DNA from: Euprymna scolopes
Lineage: Eukaryota
Strand: one strand, 5' to 3'
Length of the DNA stretch: 64,000 nucleotides
NCBI GenBank assembly: GCA_053919585.1
Contig: CM132807.1
Made by a program: the position numbers and the translations under genes. The notes below the pieces were generated by a model. The model worked only from the letters and a program-made list of their open reading frames with translations, ran no database searches and was not told the DNA's origin. The first letter of the stretch is position 1; each line of letters starts with the position of its first letter. Shown in pieces: positions 43,248 through 54,431 of this stretch.

Positions 43248-46200
43248 TACGTAATGAAAAAAAGATGTAATACTAAAAAAGACGTAATGAAAAAAAAGGT
43301 GTAATATTAAAAAAGACGTAATGATAAAAAAAGATGTAATACTAAAAAAGACGTAATGATAAAAAAGATGTAATACTAAAACAGACGTAATGAAAAAAAA
43401 AGATGTAATACTAAAAAAGACGTAATTATAAAAAAAGATGTAATACTAAAAAAGACGTAATGATGAAAAAGATGTAATACTAAAAAAGACGTAATGATAA
43501 AAAAGATGGAATACTAAAAAAGACGTAATGATAAAAGAAAGGTGTAATACTAAAAAAGACGTAATGATAAAAAAGATGTAATACTAAAACAGACGTAATG
43601 ATAAAAAAGATGTAATACTAAAAAGACGTAATGATAAAAAAGATGGCATACTAAAAAAGACGTAATGATAAAAAAGGTGTAATACTAAAAAAGACGTAAT
43701 GATAAAAAAGATGTAATACTAAAAAGACGTAATGATAAAAAAGATGTAATACTAAAAAAGACGTAATGATAAAAAAAGATGGAATACTAAAAAAGACGTA
43801 ATGATAAAAAAGGTGTAATACTAAAAAAGACGTAATGATAAAAAAGATGTAATACTAAAAAGACGTAATGATAAAAAAGATGTAATACTAAAAAAGACGT
43901 AATGATAAAAAAGATGTAATACTAAAAAAGACGTAATGATAAAAAAAGATGGAATACTAAAAAAGACGTAATGATAAAAAAGGTGTAATACTAAAAAAGA
44001 CGTAATGATAAAAAAGATGTAATACTAAAAAAGACGTAATGATAAAAAAGATGTAATACTAAAAACACGTAATGATAAAAAAGATGTAATACTAAAAAGA
44101 CGTAATGATAAAAAAGATGTAATACTAAAAAAGACGTAATGATAAAAAAGGTGTAATACTAAAAAAGACGTAATGATAAAAAGATGTAATACTAAAAAAG
44201 ACGTAATGATAAAAAAGATGTAATACTAAAAAAGACGTAATAATAAAAAAGATGTAATACTAAAAAAGACGTAATAATAAAAAAGATGTAATACTAAAAA
44301 AGACGTAATTATAAAAAAAGATGTAATACTAAAAAAGACATAATGATAAAAAAAGATGTAATACTAAAAAAGACGTAATTTTAAAAAAATGGTGTAATAC
44401 TAAAAAAGACGTAATGATAAAAAAGTTTTAATACTAAAAAAGACGTAATAATAAAAAAGATGTAATACTAAAAAAGACGTAATGATAAAAAAAGATGTAA
44501 TGCTAAAAAAGACGTAATGATGAAAAAGATGTAATACTAAAAAAGACGTAATGATAAAAAAGATGGAATACTAAAAAAGACGTAATGATAAAAGAAAGGT
44601 GTAATACTAAAAAAGACGTAATGATAGAAAAGATGTAATACTAAAAAAGACGTAATGATAAAAAAGGTGTAATACTAAAAAAGACGTAATGATAAAAAAA
44701 AGTTGTAATACTAAAAAAGACGTAATGATAAAAAAAGATGTAATACTAAAAAAGACGTAATGATAAAAAAGATGTAATACTAAAAACACGTAATGATAAA
44801 AAAGATGTAATACTAAAAAGACGTAATGATAAAAAAGATGTAATACTAAAAAAGACGTAATGATAAAAAAGGTGTAATACTAAAAAAGACGTAATGATAA
44901 AAAGATGTAATACTAAAAAAGACGTAATGATAAAAAAGATGTAATACTAAAAAAGACGTAATAATAAAAAAGATGTAATACTAAAAAAGACGTAATAATA
45001 AAAAAGATGTAATACTAAAAAAGACGTAATGATAAAAAAGATGTAATACTAAAAAAGACATAATGATAAAAAAAAAGATGTAATACGACGTATTATATGT
45101 AATACGACGTATTATATGTAATATTAAAAAAGACGTAATGATAAAAAAGATGTAATACTAAAAAAGACGTAATGATAAAAAAAGATGTAATACTAAAAAG
45201 ACGTAATGATAAAAAAGATGTAATACTAAAAAAGACGTAATGATAAAAAAAAGTTGTAATACTAAAAAAGACGTAATGATAAAAAAGATGTAATACTAAA
45301 AAAGACGTAATGATAAAAAAGATGTAATACTAAAAACACGTAATGATAAAAAAGATGTAATACTAAAAAGACGTAATGATAAAAAAGATGTAATACTAAA
45401 AAAGACGTAATGATAAAAAAGGTGTAATACTAAAAAAGACGTAATGATAAAAAGATGTAATACTAAAAAAGACGTAATAATTAAACAGATGTAATACTAA
45501 AAAAGACGTAATGATAAAAAAAGATGTAATACTAAAAAAGACGTAATGATAAAAAAAGGTGTAATACTAAAAAAGACGTAATGATAAAAAAAACGTGTAA
45601 TACTAAAAAAGACGTAATGATAAAAAATGGTGTAATACTAAAAAAGACGTAATGATAAAAAAGATGTAATACTAAAAAAGACGTAATAATAAAAAAGATG
45701 TAATACTAAAAAAGACGTAATGATAAAAAAAGATGGAATACTAAAAAAGACGTAATGATAAAAAAGATGTAATACTAAAAAGACGTAATGATAAAAAAGA
45801 TGTAATACTAAAAAAGACGTAATGATAAAAAAGATGTAATACTAAAAAAGACGTAATGATAAAAAAGATGTAATACTAAAAAAGACGTAATAATAAAAAA
45901 GAGGTAATGCTAAAAAAGACGTAATGATAAAAAAAAGGTGTAATACTAAAAAAGACGTAATAATAAAAAAGATGTAATACTAAAAAAGACGTAATGATAA
46001 AAAAAGGTGTAATACTAAAAAAGACGCAATGATAAAAAAGATGTAATACTAAAAAAGACGTAATAATAAAAAAGATGTAATACTAAAAAAGACGTAATGA
46101 TAAAAAAAAGATGTAATACTAAAAAAGACATAATGATAAAAAAAGATGTAATACTAAAAAAGACGTAATGATAAAAATAGATGTAATATTAAAAAAGACG

Positions 46201-49200
46201 TAATGATAAAAAAGATGTAATACTAAAAAAGACGTAATGATAAAAAAAGATGTAATACTAAAAAGACGTAATGATAGAAAAGATGTAATACTAAAAAAGA
46301 CGTAATGATAAAAAAAAGTTGTAATACTAAAAAAGACGTAATGATAAAAAAAGATGTAATACTAAAAAAGACGTAATGATAAAAAAGATGTAATACTAAA
46401 AACACGTAATGATAAAAAAGATGTAATACTAAAAAGACGTAATGATAAAAAAGATGTAATACTAAAAAAGACGTAATGATAAAAAAGGTGTAATACTAAA
46501 AAAGACGTAATGATAAAAAGATGTAATACTAAAAAAGACGTAATGATAAAAAAGATGTAATACTAAAAAAGACGTAATAATAAAAAAGATGTAATACTAA
46601 AAAAGACGTAATAATAAAAAAGATGTAATACTAAAAAAGACGTAATGATAAAAAAAGATGTAATACTAAAAAAGACATAATGATAAAAAAAAGATGTAAT
46701 ACGACGTATTATATGTAATACGACGTATTATATGTAATATTAAAAAAGACGTAATGATAAAAAAGATGTAATACTAAAAAAGACGTAATGATAAAAAAAG
46801 ATGTAATACTAAAAAGACGTAATGATAAAAAAGATGTAATACTAAAAAAGACGTAATGATAATACGACGTAATTTTAAAAAATGGTGTAATACTAAAAAA
46901 GACGTTATGATAAAAAAGTTTTAATACTAAAAAAGACGTAATAATAAAAAAGATGTAATACTAAAAAAGACGTAATGATAAAAAAAGATGTAATACTAAA
47001 AAAGACGTAATGATAAAAAAAAGATGTAATACTAAAAAAAACGTAATGATAAAAAGAACGTGTAATACTAAAAAAGACGTAATGATAAAAAAGATGTAAT
47101 ACTAAAAACACGTAATGATAAAAAAGATGTAATACTAAAAAGACGTAATGATAAAAAAGATGTAATACTAAAAAAGACGTAATGATAAAAAAGGTGTAAT
47201 ACTAAAAAAGACGTAATGATAAAAAGATGTAATACTAAAAAAGACGTAATAATAAAAAAGATGTAATACTAAAAAAGACGTAATGATAAAAAAAGATGTA
47301 ATACTAAAAAAGACGTAATGATAAAAAAAAGATGTAATACTAAAAAAGACGTAATGATAAAAAAACGTGTAATACTAAAAAAGACGGAATGATAAAAAAA
47401 GATGTAATACTAAAAAAGACGTAATTATAAAAAAGATGTAATACTAAAAAAGACGTAATGATAAAAAAGATGTAATACTAAAAAAGACGTAATGATAAAA
47501 AAAGATGTAATACTAAAAAAGACGTAATAATAAAAAAGATGTAATACTAAAAAAGACGTAATAATAAAAAAGATGTAATACTAAAAAAGACGTAATGATA
47601 AAAAAGATGTAATACTAAAAAAGACGTAATGATAAAAAAAGATGTAATACTAAAAAAGACATAATGATAAAAAAAGATGTAATACTAAAAAAGACGTAAT
47701 TTTAAAAAAATGGTGTAATACTAAAAAAGACGTAATGATAAAAAAGTTTTAATACTAAAAAAGACGTAATAATAAAAAAGATGTAATACTAAAAAAGACG
47801 TAATGATAAAAAAAGATGTAATGCTAAAAAAGACGTAATGATGAAAAAGATGTAATACTAAAAAAGACGTAATGATAAAAAAGATGGAATACTAAAAAAG
47901 ACGTAATGATAAAAGAAAGGTGTAATACTAAAAAAGACGTAATGATAGAAAAGATGTAATACTAAAAAAGACGTAATGATAAAAAAGGTGTAATACTAAA
48001 AAAGACGTAATGATAAAAAAAAGTTGTAATACTAAAAAAGACGTAATGATAAAAAAAGATGTAATACTAAAAAAGACGTAATGATAAAAAAGATGTAATA
48101 CTAAAAACACGTAATGATAAAAAAGATGTAATACTAAAAAGACGTAATGATAAAAAAGATGTAATACTAAAAAAGACGTAATGATAAAAAAGGTGTAATA
48201 CTAAAAAAGACGTAATGATAAAAAGATGTAATACTAAAAAAGACGTAATGATAAAAAAGATGTAATACTAAAAAAGACGTAATAATAAAAAAGATGTAAT
48301 ACTAAAAAAGACGTAATAATAAAAAAGATGTAATACTAAAAAAGACGTAATGATAAAAAAGATGTAATACTAAAAAAGACATAATGATAAAAAAAAAGAT
48401 GTAATACGACGTATTATATGTAATACGACGTATTATATGTAATATTAAAAAAGACGTAATGATAAAAAAGATGTAATACTAAAAAAGACGTAATGATAAA
48501 AAAAGATGTAATACTAAAAAGACGTAATGATAAAAAAGATGTAATACTAAAAAAGACGTAATGATAAAAAAAAGTTGTAATACTAAAAAAGACGTAATGA
48601 TAAAAAAGATGTAATACTAAAAAAGACGTAATGATAAAAAAGATGTAATACTAAAAACACGTAATGATAAAAAAGATGTAATACTAAAAAGACGTAATGA
48701 TAAAAAAGATGTAATACTAAAAAAGACGTAATGATAAAAAAGGTGTAATACTAAAAAAGACGTAATGATAAAAAGATGTAATACTAAAAAAGACGTAATA
48801 ATTAAACAGATGTAATACTAAAAAAGACGTAATGATAAAAAAAGATGTAATACTAAAAAAGACGTAATGATAAAAAAAGGTGTAATACTAAAAAAGACGT
48901 AATGATAAAAAAAACGTGTAATACTAAAAAAGACGTAATGATAAAAAATGGTGTAATACTAAAAAAGACGTAATGATAAAAAAGATGTAATACTAAAAAA
49001 GACGTAATAATAAAAAAGATGTAATACTAAAAAAGACGTAATGATAAAAAAAGATGGAATACTAAAAAAGACGTAATGATAAAAAAGATGTAATACTAAA
49101 AAGACGTAATGATAAAAAAGATGTAATACTAAAAAAGACGTAATGATAAAAAAGATGTAATACTAAAAAAGACGTAATGATAAAAAAGATGTAATACTAA

Positions 49201-51321
49201 AAAAGACGTAATAATAAAAAAGAGGTAATGCTAAAAAAGACGTAATGATAAAAAAAAGGTGTAATACTAAAAAAGACGTAATAATAAAAAAGATGTAATA
49301 CTAAAAAAGACGTAATGATAAAAAAAGGTGTAATACTAAAAAAGACGCAATGATAAAAAAGATGTAATACTAAAAAAGACGTAATAATAAAAAAGATGTA
49401 ATACTAAAAAAGACGTAATGATAAAAAAAAGATGTAATACTAAAAAAGACATAATGATAAAAAAAGATGTAATACTAAAAAAGACGTAATGATAAAAATA
49501 GATGTAATATTAAAAAAGACGTAATGATAAAAAAGATGTAATACTAAAAAAGACGTAATGATAAAAAAAGATGTAATACTAAAAAGACGTAATGATAGAA
49601 AAGATGTAATACTAAAAAAGACGTAATGATAAAAAAAAGTTGTAATACTAAAAAAGACGTAATGATAAAAAAAGATGTAATACTAAAAAAGACGTAATGA
49701 TAAAAAAGATGTAATACTAAAAACACGTAATGATAAAAAAGATGTAATACTAAAAAGACGTAATGATAAAAAAGATGTAATACTAAAAAAGACGTAATGA
49801 TAAAAAAGGTGTAATACTAAAAAAGACGTAATGATAAAAAGATGTAATACTAAAAAAGACGTAATGATAAAAAAGATGTAATACTAAAAAAGACGTAATA
49901 ATAAAAAAGATGTAATACTAAAAAAGACGTAATAATAAAAAAGATGTAATACTAAAAAAGACGTAATGATAAAAAAAGATGTAATACTAAAAAAGACATA
50001 ATGATAAAAAAAAGATGTAATACGACGTATTATATGTAATACGACGTATTATATGTAATATTAAAAAAGACGTAATGATAAAAAAGATGTAATACTAAAA
50101 AAGACGTAATGATAAAAAAAGATGTAATACTAAAAAGACGTAATGATAAAAAAGATGTAATACTAAAAAAGACGTAATGATAATACGACGTAATTTTAAA
50201 AAATGGTGTAATACTAAAAAAGACGTTATGATAAAAAAGTTTTAATACTAAAAAAGACGTAATAATAAAAAAGATGTAATACTAAAAAAGACGTAATGAT
50301 AAAAAAAGATGTAATACTAAAAAAGACGTAATGATAAAAAAAAGATGTAATACTAAAAAAAACGTAATGATAAAAAGAACGTGTAATACTAAAAAAGACG
50401 TAATGATAAAAAAGATGTAATACTAAAAACACGTAATGATAAAAAAGATGTAATACTAAAAAGACGTAATGATAAAAAAGATGTAATACTAAAAAAGACG
50501 TAATGATAAAAAAGGTGTAATACTAAAAAAGACGTAATGATAAAAAGATGTAATACTAAAAAAGACGTAATAATAAAAAAGATGTAATACTAAAAAAGAC
50601 GTAATGATAAAAAAAGATGTAATACTAAAAAAGACGTAATGATAAAAAAAAGATGTAATACTAAAAAAGACGTAATGATAAAAAAACGTGTAATACTAAA
50701 AAAGACGGAATGATAAAAAAGATGTAATACTAAAAAAGACGTAATTATAAAAAAGATGTAATACTAAAAAAGACGTAATGATAAAAAAGATGTAATACTA
50801 AAAAAGACGTAATGATAAAAAAAGATGTAATACTAAAAAAGACGTAATAATAAAAAAGATGTAATACTAAAAAAGACGTAATAATAAAAAAGATGTAATA
50901 CTAAAAAAGACGTAATGATAAAAAAGATGTAATACTAAAAAAGACGTAATGATAAAAAAAAGATGTAATACTAAAAAAGACGTAATTATAAAAAAAGGTG
51001 TAATACTAAAAAAGACGTAATGATAAAAAAGATGTAATACTAAAAAAGACGTAATAATAAAAAAGATGTAATACTAAAAATGACGTAATGATAAAAAAAG
51101 ATGTAATACTAAAAAAGACGTAATGATAAAAAAAAGATGTAATACTAAAAAAAACGTAATGATAAAAAAAAGGTGTCATACTAAAAAAGACGTAATGATA
51201 AAAAAGATGTAATACTAAAAAAGACGTAATGATAAAAAAGATGTAATACTAAAAAAGACGTAATGATAAAAAAGATGTAATACTAAAAAAGACGTAATGA
51301 TAAAAAAAAAGACGTAATGAT
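1..51321. repeat. Large tandem satellite DNA array, ~34-35 bp monomer made of two ~17-bp subunits; continues beyond the left window edge
   Basis: Continuous alternation of GATGTAATACT(A)5-6 and GACGTAATGAT(A)6-8, all in one orientation. The consensus 34-mer is 20 A, 7 T, 5 G, 2 C. The array ends abruptly at ...gacgtaatgat|tgaattttattc near 51321. Confidence 0.98.
43182..43242. repeat. (GT)30 microsatellite embedded in the satellite array
   Basis: Pure GT run at 43183-43242 flanked on both sides by satellite units. Confidence 0.97.
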
Positions 51322-51616
51322 TGAATTTTATTCAGAGTCGAAGATTTATTTCAGAACTTACTTCCGACTGCAGGGGTTGTCTGACTTGCCATTTGTTTTA
51401 CGATGTACGTCTTTCTGGTGCTTTTTTTTCGTAGCGAACGAAAACGTAATATGGAAGGAAAAACAAAACCTCTTTTAACATAATAACGAAAAGATTTATG
51501 TCAATGACAGAAAGTCGGACAGTGTGTTAGGGTGAGAAAAGGGAAGAGTTGACAGTTATTTGGGCTGTTGAAGATCGACCAGCAGTTATCTTCGGGTGAA
51601 GATCGTCAATACAAAG

Positions 51617-51757
51617 NNNNNNNNNNNNNNNNNNNNNNNNNNNNNNNNNNNNNNNNNNNNNNNNNNNNNNNNNNNNNNNNNNNNNNNNNNNNNNNNNNNN
51701 NNNNNNNNNNNNNNNNNNNNNNNNNNNNNNNNNNNNNNNNNNNNNNNNNNNNNNNNN
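51617..51757. other. Run of N (141 bp); assembly gap or masked sequence
   Basis: N characters in the sequence. Confidence 0.99.
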
Positions 51758-51858
51758 CGTTGACTCACCGGTTCTCGTCAGATCACCGAAGTTAAGCAAC
51801 GTTGAGCTTGACTAGTACCAGATGGGTAACCATTTGGAAATTCTAGGCGCTGCATGTG
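51758..51858 (+). pseudogene. Degenerate 5S rRNA-derived sequence (5S pseudogene or head of a 5S-derived SINE3-like element); 5' end lost in the gap
   Basis: cgttga..caccggttctcgtcagatcaccgaagttaagcaacgt..gc..g.ctagtac..gatgggt.acc..tgg.aa matches the conserved invertebrate 5S rRNA core, including box A (agttaagcaacg) and a box C-like motif (gatgggtaacc). The 3' half is diverged and no oligo-T terminator follows. Confidence 0.8.
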
Positions 51859-52021
51859 CTCTCCGCTTATCTCGCCATTGTTTCCAGTCTTCCTGAACCT
51901 CCACTTGCCACTGATATTTAACAATGCCGACTCAGGAGAGGTGTGGTTAGAGATAACCTAACACTTAGCTCAAATATTTCACACGCAGGCACCCTTACAG
52001 TGGACATCCATAGTCTGTCAA

Positions 52022-52165
52022 NNNNNNNNNNNNNNNNNNNNNNNNNNNNNNNNNNNNNNNNNNNNNNNNNNNNNNNNNNNNNNNNNNNNNNNNNNNNNNN
52101 NNNNNNNNNNNNNNNNNNNNNNNNNNNNNNNNNNNNNNNNNNNNNNNNNNNNNNNNNNNNNNNNN
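52022..52165. other. Run of N (144 bp)
   Basis: N characters in the sequence. Confidence 0.99.
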
Positions 52166-52693
52166 TGGTTCATGGGTTTTCTCTGTGAAACGACAGTAAT
52201 TCCTAAAAGAGCTAAAGAAGTTCCTTAGGTCACAGGTAGAATCAACTCACCCTGGGAGCTAATTAGATGATGTGTAATCAAATCACCTAGCAGGGGCCTT
52301 GGTTTGCAAGAGAAAACAAATTTTTATTTTATTTATGACTGCTATACTTTTTTTTTCGTTAATTTTATTTCAATTAGACGAATATTTCACTTTATTTGTT
52401 AGTATGCAGTTTTTCGTCCATGTCGCTTGACCAGCTGTTATTAAACTTGATCAAAACATGATTTACCTTAGAGTTGATTTAATTTGGAATATCTAAATTG
52501 ACGGTCAATGCCAAGGTCAAGAATAAGGTAAAAGCCACACTTTTAGTAATAACTTCGATTCTGCTCATCGTAGATACTCTGTGGTCTGCACACCTTCTTG
52601 ATCATGTTAAAACAACACAAGATGAAAGACGAGTACTTGATGTAAATCAGTTATGTTCTGGATGTGTGTGTGTAATCAGTTATGCTCTGGATC

Positions 52694-52697
<4 letters not shown>

Positions 52698-52763
<66 letters not shown>
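52698..52763. repeat. (TG)n microsatellite
   Basis: Pure TG run, preceded by a short duplication (aatcagttatg.tctggat twice). Confidence 0.95.
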
Positions 52764-52764
<1 letters not shown>

Positions 52765-53859
52765 TACCATCGTGTATAATAAAAATAAGCACCCAAACAT
52801 TGTCCATTGATAGGAGCGATTTTCTTCTCGGTTTGATCTACTCTCCCAGCTTCGACTCCAACTCTCTCAGGGGCCCCCGAGCCGTCAACTAGCAACTGTC
52901 CCAAATTGGATACTGTTCTCAACCGTCACGGGCATAAGGCTCTCCACACAACGTTCTCAACCATCGTAAAGCTGTTTGACACACCTAAAACTAACCCTAA
53001 ATATATCTCAGGTCCTTTTGTTCCGTTCACTACCTGACTGTTACCTGTTTGGAATGTAGGTTGTCTGTGAAATAGCCACGTAAAAATGATGCAAAAGCAA
53101 AGAGGAACGTGTAATTTTGTTTTAGTAGTTTATGAAGAGAGATTTAAGTAGGTGAGCTGTTGGATACGTAATGATTGAAAACCGCGTTGTTTATCTCCCA
53201 AGTGTCATGAACTACTCTCCAGTCTCTGCCAAGGGGGATAACTCTCTTGCCAGTTCAAGGCCAATAATTCTTTCTTTTTATCGTTAGGTGAACCCTAACA
53301 CTCATCTTGATTGACAATCTCACCTCAGCTCTCCTTTGTGCACATTGGTGAACAACTTCCTATTTCTTTATTCTGCTGATAAACTTATTTCCTCTTCTTT
53401 TGTTATATTTTTTCATCTTCTTTTACTTCCGAATACTTGACAACGTCGATGGCGCGACAACTCACTACTTGGCCCATATTGTAACCAATGATGTCTCACA
53501 TCTTATGTTATCATGACTTTGAACTTGAACAATTCGGTTAAGTATGTGGGAATCAAAATTTTCCAGCCAATAGACACATAGACACAAGACTGCACTCTTA
53601 AGCTAAACATAATTATCGCCCTTTAACTCTGGTAACACATGCCTTGCAACCAGAGGGCGATGCAGCTACGGCACTTCCTTTTTTATAGATTTCTTCTTCT
53701 TTCCGCTGACACCATCAACAAGTAAAGATGTGACGGTATCCACGTGTCCAGTGGTTGCTGCGGTTGGCATGGCCAGCCAACCATCTTTCCTGACCGCGCC
53801 GTCAGCCTCTCAGTAAATACGATAACGCAAGTAACGTTACTAATCATCTCTTCTTACCG

Positions 53860-53861
<2 letters not shown>

Positions 53862-53894
<33 letters not shown>

Positions 53895-54321
53895 GGCATC
53901 ACCACATTATCAAGGCCCAGAGGCCACTCAAGGATAAGGGTTAAAGAGTGTACAGTAGAAGTTGGTCAATATAGTAATCATTAGTAATGAAAATTTGGTA
54001 AATTTAATAACTTATATGGAACGGCTCATCAAGAACTTATTTACTTTAGACTTGAACAAAACCATATTGTAGTCAGCCGGAAAGCAGGAAAACGGAAGAC
54101 AATTCCACAGGCGTGCAGTTCTAAGAAAGAAGCTTTGTTCATGGAATCTACGTTTAGGTTTAGGCACAGATAAAGAGTGGGGGAAATTATTGATAGTGTT
54201 TACAGCTAGACGAGTGTTTCTTGTGAAAGTTTGGCGAGGGGGGACCATAGATTGAAGCTCAGTTGAACACTTTCCATGAAAATAACGATACATCAGAGAC
54301 AAACTCGCAACATCTCTTCTG
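53862..54321 (-). mobile_element. 5'-truncated CR1-group (CR1/Crack/Daphne-like) LINE: ORF2 C-terminus, 3' UTR and poly(A)
   Basis: The minus strand reads RRDVASLSLMYRYFHGKCSTELQSMVPP...SFFLRTARLWNCLPFSCFPADYNMVLFKSKVNKFL, the typical post-RT C-terminal motif series of this LINE group (ORF 54012-54302). The poly-T at 53862-53889 is the poly(A) tail. Confidence 0.85.
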
Positions 54322-54358
54322 ATAGGGAACTCTTGTTGTCTCTTTTTCTCACAATCTT

Positions 54359-54362
<4 letters not shown>

Positions 54363-54428
<66 letters not shown>
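54363..54428. repeat. (CT)n microsatellite
   Basis: Pure CT run. Confidence 0.95.

Positions 54429-54431
<3 letters not shown>

Noticed and set aside
45081-45089. TAATACGAC resembling the start of the T7 promoter (vector contamination)
   Set aside because: It is not followed by TCACTATAG and is fully explained as a satellite-derived palindrome.
1086-50432. Minus-strand hydrophobic ORFs (FIITSFLVLHLF...) in the satellite
   Set aside because: These are chance stop-free translations of the T-rich strand. The frame shifts with every A-tract length change and most lack an ATG.
1-51321. CRISPR-like array
   Set aside because: Units are directly adjacent with no unique spacers, there are no cas genes, and the context is eukaryotic.
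1-51321. Array of bZIP (CRE or C/EBP-ATF) sites in GACGTAAT/GATGTAAT, and phased A-tract bending
   Set aside because: The 5' T of TGACGT/TGATG is replaced by A in almost all units, so these are partial matches only. The ~17-bp A-tract spacing is out of phase with the ~10.5-bp helical repeat.
51758-51858. Functional 5S rRNA gene
   Set aside because: The 3' half is diverged, there is no terminator and no tandem neighbours, and the 5' end is not visible.
51527-52188. ORFs spanning the first two N runs
   Set aside because: They are artefacts of X translation, and one overlaps the 5S-derived sequence.
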